64,000 nucleotides of DNA from Flavobacteriales bacterium (lineage in GTDB: Bacteria; Bacteroidota; Bacteroidia; Flavobacteriales_F; PHOS-HE28): contig JACJZH010000003.1 in assembly GCA_020635695.1 (NCBI GenBank), forward strand, positions 83,603 through 147,602, read 5' to 3'. The number at the start of each line of letters is the position of its first letter. The stretch's first letter is position 1. Shown piece by piece: positions 39,530-48,924 of the stretch. The notes beneath the pieces were generated by a model. It was not told where the DNA came from and did not search any database. It was given only the letters and a program-made list of their open reading frames with translations. Both the position numbers and the translations under genes were made by a program.

Positions 39530-41545
39530 CTAGTTCTGCTCCGGTTCCTCCGGCTGCACCTGGTCCTGCGGCACGTAGTCGAAGCTCAGCACCCGGAACT
39601 CGGTGCGGCGGTTCTGCTGGTGGGCGGCCTCCCGCTCCTCCTCGGTGGCCATCTTGGCGATCTCGGCGTCGCTGATCCGCAGCTCGGATTCGCCCAGGCC
39701 CTTCGGCACCATGCGCTCCAGGGGGATGCCTTTCGTCGCGAGGTAGTTCACGCAGCTCTGCGCCCGGTTCTGGCTCAGGGTCAGGTTATAGGCGTCCGAA
39801 CCACGGGAGTCGGTGTGCGCGCGCAGCTCGATGATGATGGTCGGGTTGTCCACCATGGTCTGGTAGAGCGTCTCCAGGGAGTCCTTGCCGTTCTGGGTGA
39901 GCGCGAACTTGTCGAACTCGTACTGCACCTCGGGCAGTTTGATGATGACCTCCTCCGATGCGGGCTGCAGGAAGTACTCCTTCACGAAGGTGGTGCTCTC
40001 GTCCAGACCGACCGTCGTCACCTGGTCCTTGGCCACCAGGTAGCCATCCTTGGTCACCAGGATGCTGTAGGTGGTGTTCTCACTGATGTACCGGGAATTC
40101 CCGTTCTCCTCCAGGTTGAATCCCCCGTTGTCGTCCGTGAGCACGTTCACGTTGGAACCGTCCGTACCCACCACGTTGATGTTCACCCCGGGAATGGGCT
40201 GCTGCGACACTTTGTCGTAGACCGTTCCCTGATAGGCGAACTCCAGGTTGGGCATGAAGAAGCGCCAGATGTCGTCCTGCCCCTTCCCACCCGGACGATT
40301 GCTCGTCAGGAAGCCACGATCCTCCTCGCCATCGAAGATGATCCCGAAGTCGTCCATGGAACTGTTCACGGGGGACTTCATGTTCTCCACACCGGCCCAT
40401 TGCCGCTCTCCGGTGGCATCCGCCTTGAAGATGTCCATGCCTCCCATGCCCGCATGGCCGTTCGATGCGAAGTAGAGACTGCCGTCATGTCGGACGAACG
40501 GGAACATCTCATCCTTCGGCGTATTGATCTCGTTGCCCAGGTTCACGGGTTTGCCCAAGGGCATCCCCTCCTTGTCCAGTTGGACCATCCAAAGGTCCTT
40601 GCCGCCTCGTGCACCGGCACCCTTCATGTTGCTGGCGAACACCAGGTAGTCATCGTCAGGACCCACCGCAGGATGCCCCACGGTGATCACGCTCGTATCG
40701 CCTTTGGCCTGGTCCGGTTTCAGGGCCAGCATGACCGGTTCCGCGTAGTTGGTGCCCACCTTTTTGGACATCCAGATGTCACAGCCATGCACCTCCTTCT
40801 TGGCCACCGGGCAGCGCGTGAAGTACATGACCCGGCGCTTGCTGTCGAAGATGGGGGAGCCCTCGTTGCTTTCGGTGTTCACACTGGGCGGCAGCTTCAC
40901 GGGCTCGCTCCATTTCCCCAGGCGGTCCCGGCTGCTGGCAAAGAGATCGCTGAAGCTCTCGCCGAGGATCTGGTCGGTATTGGTGCCCGTGGCGCCTGAA
41001 CGCGTGCTGGTGAAGACCACGTCCTCATTGCGCTTGTCGCTGAATGCCGGGCTGAAGTCGTAGTTGGGGGTGTTCAACAGCACTTCGGGGTCCACCCGGT
41101 AGCGGGAGGGGTCATCCACCCATTGCTGGGCCACTTCACACGCCGAGATGCCGGCATCCGCGCGCATGTCATTGGGCTTCTTCTCCTTGTACTTGTTGTA
41201 GGCGGCAATGGCCTCCGCGTACTTGCCCTGTTCCTTCAGGGCATCACCGATGTACAGATAGGTCACGGGGTCCGGATATTGGGCCCGGTTGGCCTTCTCG
41301 TACCAGACCTCGCATTGGGCCGGGTCGCCCAAAGCGCGATATGCCTCTCCCACCTTGAAGATCAGCTCAGCCTTGGTGCTGGCCTTCTTCTCCACGGTGT
41401 AGGCCTTCTTGTACAGCTCGATGGCATTGTAGTAGAAGCCCTTCTTGAAGGCGTCGTCGGCCTCCTCCGCCAGACGGCTCTGACCGACGGCGACAACGGA
41501 TGACAACAGGAAGGCCAGGCAGGCGAGGAACTTGCTCGTGCGCAT
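39530..41545 (-). CDS. OmpA-family protein with N-terminal TPR, TolB-like beta-propeller repeats and a C-terminal OmpA peptidoglycan-binding domain
   Basis: ORF 39530..41752(-). The preferred start is ATG 41543-41545 (MRTSKFLACLAFLLSSVVAVGQS, a signal peptide). The TPR-like part is YYNAIELYKKAY...AYRALGDPAQCEVWYEKA. Repeated ...GSP.F....R.MYF.S.R.GG.G..DIW units follow. The C-terminus is ELRAHTDSRGSDAYNLTLSQNRAQSCVNYL...NRRTEFRVL. Confidence 0.85.
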   Translation of the reverse strand: MRTSKFLACLAFLLSSVVAVGQSRLAEEADDAFKKGFYYNAIELYKKAYTVEKKASTKAELIFKVGEAYRALGDPAQCEVWYEKANRAQYPDPVTYLYIGDALKEQGKYAEAIAAYNKYKEKKPNDMRADAGISACEVAQQWVDDPSRYRVDPEVLLNTPNYDFSPAFSDKRNEDVVFTSTRSGATGTNTDQILGESFSDLFASSRDRLGKWSEPVKLPPSVNTESNEGSPIFDSKRRVMYFTRCPVAKKEVHGCDIWMSKKVGTNYAEPVMLALKPDQAKGDTSVITVGHPAVGPDDDYLVFASNMKGAGARGGKDLWMVQLDKEGMPLGKPVNLGNEINTPKDEMFPFVRHDGSLYFASNGHAGMGGMDIFKADATGERQWAGVENMKSPVNSSMDDFGIIFDGEEDRGFLTSNRPGGKGQDDIWRFFMPNLEFAYQGTVYDKVSQQPIPGVNINVVGTDGSNVNVLTDDNGGFNLEENGNSRYISENTTYSILVTKDGYLVAKDQVTTVGLDESTTFVKEYFLQPASEEVIIKLPEVQYEFDKFALTQNGKDSLETLYQTMVDNPTIIIELRAHTDSRGSDAYNLTLSQNRAQSCVNYLATKGIPLERMVPKGLGESELRISDAEIAKMATEEEREAAHQQNRRTEFRVLSFDYVPQDQVQPEEPEQN

Positions 41546-41629
41546 GTGAACGGTTTGGGGTGTCCGGTGAACGGTCCGGGCGAAAATAAGCAAAGTCTTC
41601 ACACGCGTTCGGCCAGATGCATGGGAATG

Positions 41630-41655
41630 GAAAGAGGGCCCGTGGGCCCCCTTTC
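41630..41655 (-). terminator. Hairpin downstream of the glutamine synthetase gene
   Basis: gaaagagggccc / loop gt / gggccccctttc forms a 12-bp stem with one mismatch, 20 nt after the stop at 41676. The minus strand continues tttccattcc. Confidence 0.5.
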
Positions 41656-41675
41656 GCTGCCTGATGGCGGTCGGT

Positions 41676-43871
41676 TCATCGGGTGAAGAGGACCTCCCGC
41701 ATCTTGGGAAGCGGCCACAGGCCGTCATCCACGAGCAATTCCAGCTTGTCACTATGGTAGCGGATGCGGTCCAGGAAGGGCTTCACCTCATCGCAGTAGG
41801 CAATGGCCTTCTCGCGGCTGTCCTCGAGCTTGTTGGCCTGCTTGCGGGCCTCGATCATGGCGTCCACCTGCACCTTCACCTCGCCCAGGTGCTCGCTGAT
41901 CTCCTGGATCAGCTTCAGCTGGGTGGCACCGGCCTTCTTCGCCGCTGCTTCTCCGAGCACCTCCCGCAGCCCACGCACGTTCTCGATCAGGCGGTTCTGA
42001 TAGGCGATGGCAGTGGGAATGATGTGGTTCTGGGCCAGGTCGCCGCAGATCCTGCTTTCGATCTGCACCTTCAGCACGTAGCTGTGCAGCTCGATCTCGT
42101 GCCGGGCCTCGATCTCCACGGCGCTCAGCACGTCCATGTCCGCGAACACCTGTTTCGTCTCCTTGCGTTCCCAGACGTCCAGGGCCCTCGGTGTGTCCCG
42201 GATGTTCCCGAGCCCGCGCTTGGCGGCTTCCTTCACCCACTCCTCGCCATAACCGTTCCCCTCGAAACGGATGGGCTTGGAGCTGCTGATCAGCTCACGG
42301 ATCTCCTGCAGGATGGCCTCGTCCTTCTTGGCACCCTTCGCGATGCGTGCGTCCACCGCCTCCTTGAAGCGCCGCAACTGCCACGCCATGATGGTGTTCA
42401 GCGCGGTCATGGCGGCGGCGCAGTTGGCGCTGGAGCCCACCGCCCGGAACTCGAACTTGTTGCCCGTGAAGGCGAAGGGACTGGTGCGGTTGCGGTCGGT
42501 GTTGTCAAGCATCACCGGTGGGATCCGGCCGATGTTGAGCTTGAGCTCCGTCTTCAGGTCCGCCGGCATCTTCCCGGCCTTGATGCTCTTCTCCAGCTCA
42601 TCGAGCAGGTTGCTCAGGTGTTCGCCGATGAACACGCTGATGATGGCCGGCGGGGCCTCGTTCGCACCAAGACGATGGTCGTTCCCGGCGCTGGCGATGC
42701 TGGCGCGCAGGATGTCCGCATGGCTGTGGATGGCCTTGATCGTGTTCACGAAGAAGGTCAGGAAACGCAGGTTCTCCTTGGGCGTCTTCGCGGGCCGCAG
42801 CAGGTTCACGCCCGTGTCCGTGGCCAGGCTCCAGTTGTTGTGCTTGCCGCTGCCGTTCACGCCCGCGTACGGTTTCTCATGCAGCAGCACCCGGAAGTCG
42901 TGGTTCCTGGCGACCTTCTCCATGAGGTCCATCAGGAGCACGTTGTGGTCCACCGCGAGGTTGGTCTCCTCGAACACGGGGGCACATTCGAACTGGTTGG
43001 GGGCCACCTCGTTGTGGCGGGTCTTCACAGGGATGCCCAGTTTGAGGGCCTCGGTCTCGAAGTCGCGCATGAAGGCATGCACGCGGTCCGGGATGGAACC
43101 GAAGTAATGGTCCTCCAACTGCTGACCCTTGGCCGGAGTATGGCCGAAGAGCGCCCGCCCGGTCATCATGATGTCCGGCCTGGCGTGGTAAAGGGCCTTG
43201 TCAATGAGGAAGTACTCCTGTTCCCAACCCAGCGTGGCCACCACTTTGCCCACTTCCTTGTCGAAGTAGCGGGCCACTTCGGTCGCCGCCTGGTCCACCG
43301 CGTGCAGCGCCCGCAGCAGCGGCATCTTGTAGTCCAGCGCCTCGCCGGTGTAGCTGATGAAGATGGTGGGGATGCACAGGGTGCGCCCCATGATGAAGGC
43401 CGGCGAACTGGGATCCCAGGCCGTATAGCCACGGGCCTCGAACGTGTTGCGGATGCCCCCGCTTGGGAAGCTGGAGGCGTCGGGCTCCTGTTGCACCAGC
43501 ATGCTGCCGTCGAAGCGCTCGATGCTGCGGCCACCCCCGATGGGCTCGAAGAAGGCATCGTGCTTCTCGGCGCTGAGGCCGGTGAGCGGCTGGAACCAGT
43601 GCGTGTAATGGGTGGCCCCCTTGCTGGCGGCCCACTCCTTCATGCCACTGGAGACCTGGTCGGCCAGCTTGCGGTCGATGCGTGCCCCGTGATGCATGGC
43701 CTGCCGCACGGCGTAGTAGGCATCCTCGGTGAGGAACATGCGCATGGCGTCCTCGGTGAAGACGTTCTCCCCGAAGAACTCGGAGATCTTCCGGGCGTGC
43801 ACCTCCGGAAAACGAGGGGTGCGGTCGAGCACGTCGGCAAGTGCCTTGGTGCGGATCTGGGGGTTGGCCAT
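41676..43871 (-). CDS. Glutamine synthetase, type III
   Basis: ORF 41676..43871(-), 731 aa, the length typical of GSIII. The sequence has ...ATHYTHWFQPLTG...QEPDASSFPSGGIR.TFEARGYTAWD...HNEVAPNQFECAPVFEE...GSGKHNNWS.... Confidence 0.92.
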   Translation of the reverse strand: MANPQIRTKALADVLDRTPRFPEVHARKISEFFGENVFTEDAMRMFLTEDAYYAVRQAMHHGARIDRKLADQVSSGMKEWAASKGATHYTHWFQPLTGLSAEKHDAFFEPIGGGRSIERFDGSMLVQQEPDASSFPSGGIRNTFEARGYTAWDPSSPAFIMGRTLCIPTIFISYTGEALDYKMPLLRALHAVDQAATEVARYFDKEVGKVVATLGWEQEYFLIDKALYHARPDIMMTGRALFGHTPAKGQQLEDHYFGSIPDRVHAFMRDFETEALKLGIPVKTRHNEVAPNQFECAPVFEETNLAVDHNVLLMDLMEKVARNHDFRVLLHEKPYAGVNGSGKHNNWSLATDTGVNLLRPAKTPKENLRFLTFFVNTIKAIHSHADILRASIASAGNDHRLGANEAPPAIISVFIGEHLSNLLDELEKSIKAGKMPADLKTELKLNIGRIPPVMLDNTDRNRTSPFAFTGNKFEFRAVGSSANCAAAMTALNTIMAWQLRRFKEAVDARIAKGAKKDEAILQEIRELISSSKPIRFEGNGYGEEWVKEAAKRGLGNIRDTPRALDVWERKETKQVFADMDVLSAVEIEARHEIELHSYVLKVQIESRICGDLAQNHIIPTAIAYQNRLIENVRGLREVLGEAAAKKAGATQLKLIQEISEHLGEVKVQVDAMIEARKQANKLEDSREKAIAYCDEVKPFLDRIRYHSDKLELLVDDGLWPLPKMREVLFTR

Positions 43872-43991
43872 CGAGAAAGGGGTGTTTCTGGCACAAAGGT
43901 ACCCCCTCCAAAGGGGGTCATGCTCAGAAACAGACCCTTTTCTTTTTCAACACCCCCTTAAAACACCATGCGATCCAAAAAAGCAGGAGAT

Positions 43992-44924
43992 TCAACCTTG
44001 GACCAAGGCCAGGACCATGTAGCCCACGTACAGCGCCAGCAGCCCAACCCCCTGCCAGCGTCCCACCCGGTCGCCGAAGCGCATCATGGGATAGAGCAGA
44101 AGGGCGATGGCCGTCATCATGACCAGGTCGGTACGGAAGGTGTCGAGGGAAGCCTCAATGGGCGTGATCGTGGCGGAGGTCCCGATGATGAACAGGATGT
44201 TGAAGATGTTGGAGCCTACGAGATTGCCCAGGGAGATGTCCGGCTGTTTGCGGAAGGCGGCCACCAGGGAGGCGATGAGCTCCGGCATGGAGGTGCCCAC
44301 CGCGACGATGGTGACGCCGATGAGGCGTTCGGAGACGCCAAGCCCGCGCGCCAGGCCGGAAGCTCCGTCCACGAACCAGCCCGAACCGGACCCCAGCCCG
44401 GCGGCACCTATGATCAGAAAGAGCAGTGCCCGACCAACGGGCATGGTGGTCCGAAGAGGCTGCTCCGCCGAACGCCTGCCCTGCCGCCGGCTTCGGATGA
44501 TCATCCAGGCGACGTAGGCGACCAGGGCCACCACGAAGAGCAGGCCCTCCCAGCGCGCCACCCGGTCATCGGCCAGGAAGAGCACGAACAGGAGGGTGGC
44601 CGCCATCATCACGGGCCAGTGGATGCGTCTCGCTTCCCGATCCACGTCGATGGGGAACACCACCACACAGGCCCCGAGCACCAGGCTGATGTTCGCGATG
44701 TTGGAGCCCACCACATTGCCAATGGCGATCTCCGGACTTCCTTTCAGCGCGGCCACCAGGCTCACGAGCAGCTCGGGCAGCGAAGTACCCAGGGAGACCA
44801 CGGTCAGGCCCACGACCAGGGGAGAGATCCGCGCCCGGAAGGCCAGGTGGACCGCCCCGCGCAGCAGGAGCTCCGCGCCCAGGATGAGCACGGCGGCACC
44901 GCCGAGGGTGTAGAGCAGGTCCAT
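43992..44924 (-). CDS. Calcium/sodium antiporter (CaCA family, YrbG-like)
   Basis: ORF 43992..44927(-) starts with a TTG. ATG 44922-44924 (MDLLYTLGGAAVLILGAE...) is preferred. The two alpha-repeats are GTSLPELLVSL...GNVVGSNIANI and GTSMPELIASL...GNLVGSNIFNI. Confidence 0.88.
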   Translation of the reverse strand: MDLLYTLGGAAVLILGAELLLRGAVHLAFRARISPLVVGLTVVSLGTSLPELLVSLVAALKGSPEIAIGNVVGSNIANISLVLGACVVVFPIDVDREARRIHWPVMMAATLLFVLFLADDRVARWEGLLFVVALVAYVAWMIIRSRRQGRRSAEQPLRTTMPVGRALLFLIIGAAGLGSGSGWFVDGASGLARGLGVSERLIGVTIVAVGTSMPELIASLVAAFRKQPDISLGNLVGSNIFNILFIIGTSATITPIEASLDTFRTDLVMMTAIALLLYPMMRFGDRVGRWQGVGLLALYVGYMVLALVQG

Positions 44925-45202
44925 CAACTGACCGGTGGCTCCGGACCGGAAGCCGTTGTATCCTGGGCCGGGCGTTCCGGGCGGGGCTCCTCCTCCACCG
45001 TTCTCCGGACCTCCCGCGCGCCCCGGTCGATCTCGCGTTTCACCTCCTGGGTCGCATCCCGCACCTGGCGCATCGTGCGACCGAGACCGCGGGCCAGATC
45101 GGGAATGCCCTTGGCCCCGAAGAACATGAGCACGAAGAGCAGCACCACGATCAGCTCACCACCGCTGATGTCGAACAACAAGGGAAACGTGGAAAGGGGC
45201 AT
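44924..45202 (-). CDS. tatA: Twin-arginine translocase TatA/TatE family subunit
   Basis: ORF 44924..45205(-) starts with a GTG. ATG 45200-45202 gives MPLSTFPLLFDISGGELIVVLLFVLMFFGAKGIPDLARGLGRTMRQVRDA..., a TM helix plus amphipathic helix typical of TatA. Confidence 0.8.
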   Translation of the reverse strand: MPLSTFPLLFDISGGELIVVLLFVLMFFGAKGIPDLARGLGRTMRQVRDATQEVKREIDRGAREVRRTVEEEPRPERPAQDTTASGPEPPVS

Positions 45203-45224
45203 CACGGTGGGCCAAAAGTAGGAA

Positions 45225-45243
45225 GTCCCGCTCGCGGCGGGAC
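45225..45243 (-). terminator. Small hairpin downstream of secDF
   Basis: gtcccgc / loop tcgcg / gcgggac forms a 7-bp stem. The minus strand continues ttcctacttttgg. The stem is short, so confidence is low. Confidence 0.35.
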
Positions 45244-45267
45244 CTCCACATGACAGGCCGGAAAGGC

Positions 45268-48200
45268 TCAGATGTTCTTGTCCCTGGCCCCCTTCATCAG
45301 GTCCACCACGAAGGCCGATGCCACGAAGATGGAGCTGTAGGTACCGACCAGGATGCCCACCAACAGCGCGAAGACGAAGCCTTGGATGGCCACCCCGCCG
45401 AAGATGAAGATGATCAGCAACACCAGCAGGGTGGTGAGCGAGGTCTGCAGCGTCCGGCTCAGCGTGGCGTTCATGGCCTTGTTGAAGACCGTCACCGTAT
45501 CGTCGCGCTTGTGGTCCATCAGGTACTCCCGGATCCGGTCGAACACCACCACGGAGTCGTTGATGGAGTAACCGACCACGGTGAGGATGGCCGCGATGAA
45601 GGCCTCGTCGATCTCCATGCTGAAGGGCAGCCTGCCGTGGAAGATGGAATAGATGCCCAGCACGATGAGCACGTCGTGGATCAGGGCCAGCATGCCACCG
45701 AGACCGAACTGCCAGCGACGGAACCGGACGGCGATGTAGATGAACATGAAGACCATCGCCAGGGTCACGGAGGTCCAGGCCGAGGTCTTGATGTCGTCGG
45801 AGATGGTGGCGTCCACCTTGCGGGACTCGATCACCTCGTAGTCACCGAAGCCCTCCAGGCCCTCGGTCAGCCGCAGGTCCACGATGGAATCGGCCGATGC
45901 CTCGGTGCTGGTGTACAGGAAGTTGGTCGTGACCTTGAGCTGGCGCGACCCACCGTAGGTCTTCACGTTCACCGTGGAGCGCCCGCCCTCCTCGGTCTCG
46001 AACCGGGGCAGGAGCGACTGGCGGACGTTCTCCACGTTCACCTCGTCCTGGAACTTCACCACGTAGGTGCGGCCACCGGAGAAGTCGACACCCCAGTTGA
46101 AGCCCCGGGTGACCATCGAAAAGACGCCGATGGCGATGAGCACGCCGGACACCAGGTACATGAGCTTCCGCTTGCCCATGAAATCGAAATTGGTGTCCGC
46201 CAGGATGTTCTTCGACCAGCCGGTCCAGAAGCTCATGCCACTGCCCTTCTCCAGGCGGGCGGTGATGATCATGCGCGACAGGAAGATGGCCGTGAAGAGG
46301 GAGGTGAGGATACCGATGCCCAGGGTGGTGGCGAAACCACGGACGGGACCGGTACCGCCGATGTAAAGGATGATGGCGATGACCAACGTGGTGACGTTGG
46401 AGTCGATGATGGCGGAGAGAGCTCCCTTGTAACCCAGGTCCACGGCGCTCTTCAGCACACGGCCTGCACGCAGTTCCTCCCGGATCCGTTCGAAGATCAG
46501 CACGTTGGCATCCACCGCCATGCCCATGGTGAGCACGATACCCGCGATGCCAGGCAGCGTGAGCGAGGCCTGCAGCGAGGCCAGCGAGCCCATGAGCACG
46601 AACAGGTTCACGATCAGGGCCAGATCGGCCACCCAACCGGCGCCGGCATAGTAGAGCACCATGTACAGCATGACCAGCGCGATGGCCACCAGGAAGGAGA
46701 TCAGGCCGCTGTTCACGTTCTCGGCACCGAGCGAGGGGCCCACGACCGTCTCGTCGATGATCCTGGCCGGGGCTGGCAGTGCACCGGCCTTCAGGATGTT
46801 GGCCAGGTCATCGGCCTCCTGGATCTGCTCCTCGAGGTCGCCACCACCCATGGAGATGCTGGAGCGCCCGCCGGCGATCTCCGTGATCACCGTGGGGGCC
46901 GAGTAGACCAACCCATCGAGCACGATGGCCACAGAGCGGCCCACGTTGTCCCCGGTCATCACCTTCCAGATGGCGCCGCCTTCAGCGTTCATCTGCATCC
47001 GTACCTCCACGTCGCCCGAGATGTCGAAGTCCTGGGCAGCGTCCGTGATGGAGGACCCATCGAGCTTCGGCTTGCCGCCGCGTGGCACCTTGATCGCATA
47101 GAGCGGGAGCACGTCCGATCCCTCATACGGCTTTGCGCCCCACATCAGGCGGCAGTCGGAAGGAAGCACACCGCGCATGGCGGGCATGCGCAGCAGGCGG
47201 TTCACGCGGGCGGTGTCGGACACACTGCTGTTACCGACCACCGGCCCCTTGGCCAGGTTGTACCCACCGCTGGTGGCCTGGAACACCGCCGGCCGCATCA
47301 CGGCGAACAGCGGGTTCTGCTTGGCGAAATCGGCCTGGGCCTGGGCGGTGTCGAGCACGTCCCCGCTCCCGGTGTCACCAGCCAGTTCGTTCAAGAGGTC
47401 GTCGGCCTCCCCGTCACCCTTGTCCAACACGCGCAGGGCCATGCGGCGGTTCTGGGCCCTGCCCTCCGGCGTGGCGTTGCTGGCCACCGGATGCTGGGAA
47501 CCATAACCCTCGGCCTCCAGCCGGTCGGCCTCGACCCCCCGATCCACAAGGGCGGCCACCACGGCCTCGGCACGGGCCTGGGAAAGCTGCTGATTGGCCT
47601 CCTCGTTGCCGGTGCTGTCCGTGTACCCGCCGATCTTGAGGCGTACTGCGGGATGGGCCGTGAGGATCTCCTTCAGGTTGTCCAGCTGCGCCTTGGAAGC
47701 CCCCGGGTCCAGTTCTGCGCTGCTGCTGGCGAAGGTCACCCGGTCGAAATCGAACCAGGTGGTCTTGTCCACCGGCCTGTTGCCGTTGATGAAACGGACG
47801 AGCTGTTGCTCGACACCACCAGCATTCCCGGAGATGGAGACCCCGCCAGGCAACGTGTGGGAGAAATCCCCCCCTTCCAGCAGGGCGTCCACCGCATCGG
47901 TGGTGTCCCCCTCCTGCTCCAGTTCAGGATGCAGCACCGCGCTCAATCGGCCATTGGCCTGCTCGAGCAACGGATAGACGTCCGCGTTCTCATAGGTCTC
48001 CCAGAACTCCAGGTTCGCCGTGCTCTGGAGCACCTTGCGCACACGGTCCTTGTCCTTCACCCCAGGCAATTCGATCTGGATGCGACCGCTGAACTGCTGC
48101 TTCTGGATGCTGGGCTGGGCCACACCGAACTTGTCGATCCGGGTCCGGAGGATCTTCTCGGTATTGTCGACCGCGGTGCGGGCCTCCCGGCGCAGGGCCT

Positions 48201-48750
48201 CCACGATCTCGTCGTTGGAGGCCTCCCGGGGGAACATGTCCTTGCGCTCGGGCGAATGGAAGATGGCAGCGAGCTTGCCATTGGGGTCCGCCTTGCTGAA
48301 CTCCTCGGCGAACAGGGTGATGAAGTCCTCGGTGCTTTGCGCCTGACGGCCGCGTGCGTTGGCGATGGCCGTCCGGAACGCCTCGTTCTCACTGTTGTCC
48401 GCCAGGTTCACGATCAGCTCCGGGATGCTCACCTCGAGGGTCACCGCCATGCCGCCCTTCAGGTCGAGACCCAGGTTGATCTCCTTGGCCTTGCATTCAT
48501 CGTAGGTGTAGCCCAGGTAGATGGGGTCGCTGCCGTGCTGGCGCAGGTAGCGTGACTCGTACTGCAGGAAGAGCGAATCGCGGTCCAGGCCGCCGTTCCC
48601 GGCCACGTTCAGGACCGAATCCACCTTGTAGGTCGCTTCGTTCGCGGCGGTCCGCTCCACCCTTCCGGTGAAGAAGGAGAAGGACAACTGCCACAGGCAA
48701 GCGAGCGCCAGCAGGATGGTGAAGATCCACAGCGCGCCTCGGTTCTGCAT
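45268..48750 (-). CDS. secDF: Protein-export membrane protein SecDF (fused), carrying an inserted OmpA-like domain
   Basis: ORF 45268..48825(-). The preferred start is ATG 48748-48750 (MQNRGALWIFTILLALACLWQLSF...). The SecD part has LGLDLKGGM, ...LEFWETY..., ...GPSLGAENVNSGLISF... and six TM helices. The SecF part has ...NWGVDFSGGRTY..., ...VVVFDRIRE... and six TM helices. Residues ~340-467 of the ORF (nt 47425-47808) form an OmpA C-terminal-type domain; see findings. Confidence 0.92.
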   Translation of the reverse strand: MQNRGALWIFTILLALACLWQLSFSFFTGRVERTAANEATYKVDSVLNVAGNGGLDRDSLFLQYESRYLRQHGSDPIYLGYTYDECKAKEINLGLDLKGGMAVTLEVSIPELIVNLADNSENEAFRTAIANARGRQAQSTEDFITLFAEEFSKADPNGKLAAIFHSPERKDMFPREASNDEIVEALRREARTAVDNTEKILRTRIDKFGVAQPSIQKQQFSGRIQIELPGVKDKDRVRKVLQSTANLEFWETYENADVYPLLEQANGRLSAVLHPELEQEGDTTDAVDALLEGGDFSHTLPGGVSISGNAGGVEQQLVRFINGNRPVDKTTWFDFDRVTFASSSAELDPGASKAQLDNLKEILTAHPAVRLKIGGYTDSTGNEEANQQLSQARAEAVVAALVDRGVEADRLEAEGYGSQHPVASNATPEGRAQNRRMALRVLDKGDGEADDLLNELAGDTGSGDVLDTAQAQADFAKQNPLFAVMRPAVFQATSGGYNLAKGPVVGNSSVSDTARVNRLLRMPAMRGVLPSDCRLMWGAKPYEGSDVLPLYAIKVPRGGKPKLDGSSITDAAQDFDISGDVEVRMQMNAEGGAIWKVMTGDNVGRSVAIVLDGLVYSAPTVITEIAGGRSSISMGGGDLEEQIQEADDLANILKAGALPAPARIIDETVVGPSLGAENVNSGLISFLVAIALVMLYMVLYYAGAGWVADLALIVNLFVLMGSLASLQASLTLPGIAGIVLTMGMAVDANVLIFERIREELRAGRVLKSAVDLGYKGALSAIIDSNVTTLVIAIILYIGGTGPVRGFATTLGIGILTSLFTAIFLSRMIITARLEKGSGMSFWTGWSKNILADTNFDFMGKRKLMYLVSGVLIAIGVFSMVTRGFNWGVDFSGGRTYVVKFQDEVNVENVRQSLLPRFETEEGGRSTVNVKTYGGSRQLKVTTNFLYTSTEASADSIVDLRLTEGLEGFGDYEVIESRKVDATISDDIKTSAWTSVTLAMVFMFIYIAVRFRRWQFGLGGMLALIHDVLIVLGIYSIFHGRLPFSMEIDEAFIAAILTVVGYSINDSVVVFDRIREYLMDHKRDDTVTVFNKAMNATLSRTLQTSLTTLLVLLIIFIFGGVAIQGFVFALLVGILVGTYSSIFVASAFVVDLMKGARDKNI

Positions 48751-48779
48751 CTTGGGTGGGGTTTTCGCTAAAGAGGCGG

Positions 48780-48787
48780 CAAATATA
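48780..48787 (-). promoter_or_regulatory. Candidate -7 promoter box for secDF
   Basis: The minus strand reads TATATTTG, a perfect TAnnTTTG, 29 nt upstream of the ATG at 48750. I found no convincing -33 TTTG at 19-21 nt. Confidence 0.35.
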
Positions 48788-48924
48788 GAAAGTAGGTCCG
48801 CGCGCCGAAGGGGTGCTGTCGACACCTTGACATGGGGTCTGGTCGGCCGTGCACCCGCGAACTACCTTTGAACTCCATCGGCCGCCCATGCAACAGGCTG
48901 CCGGCCCGAAACGTCCTACCGGCA

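Noticed and set aside
43894-43917. TACCTTTG box and accccct/agggggt hairpin between the CaCA gene and the glutamine synthetase gene
   Set aside because: It is plausibly a -7 box for the GSIII gene overlapping a weak terminator of the upstream operon. There is no properly spaced -33 element and the stem is only 7 bp, so support is insufficient to call either.
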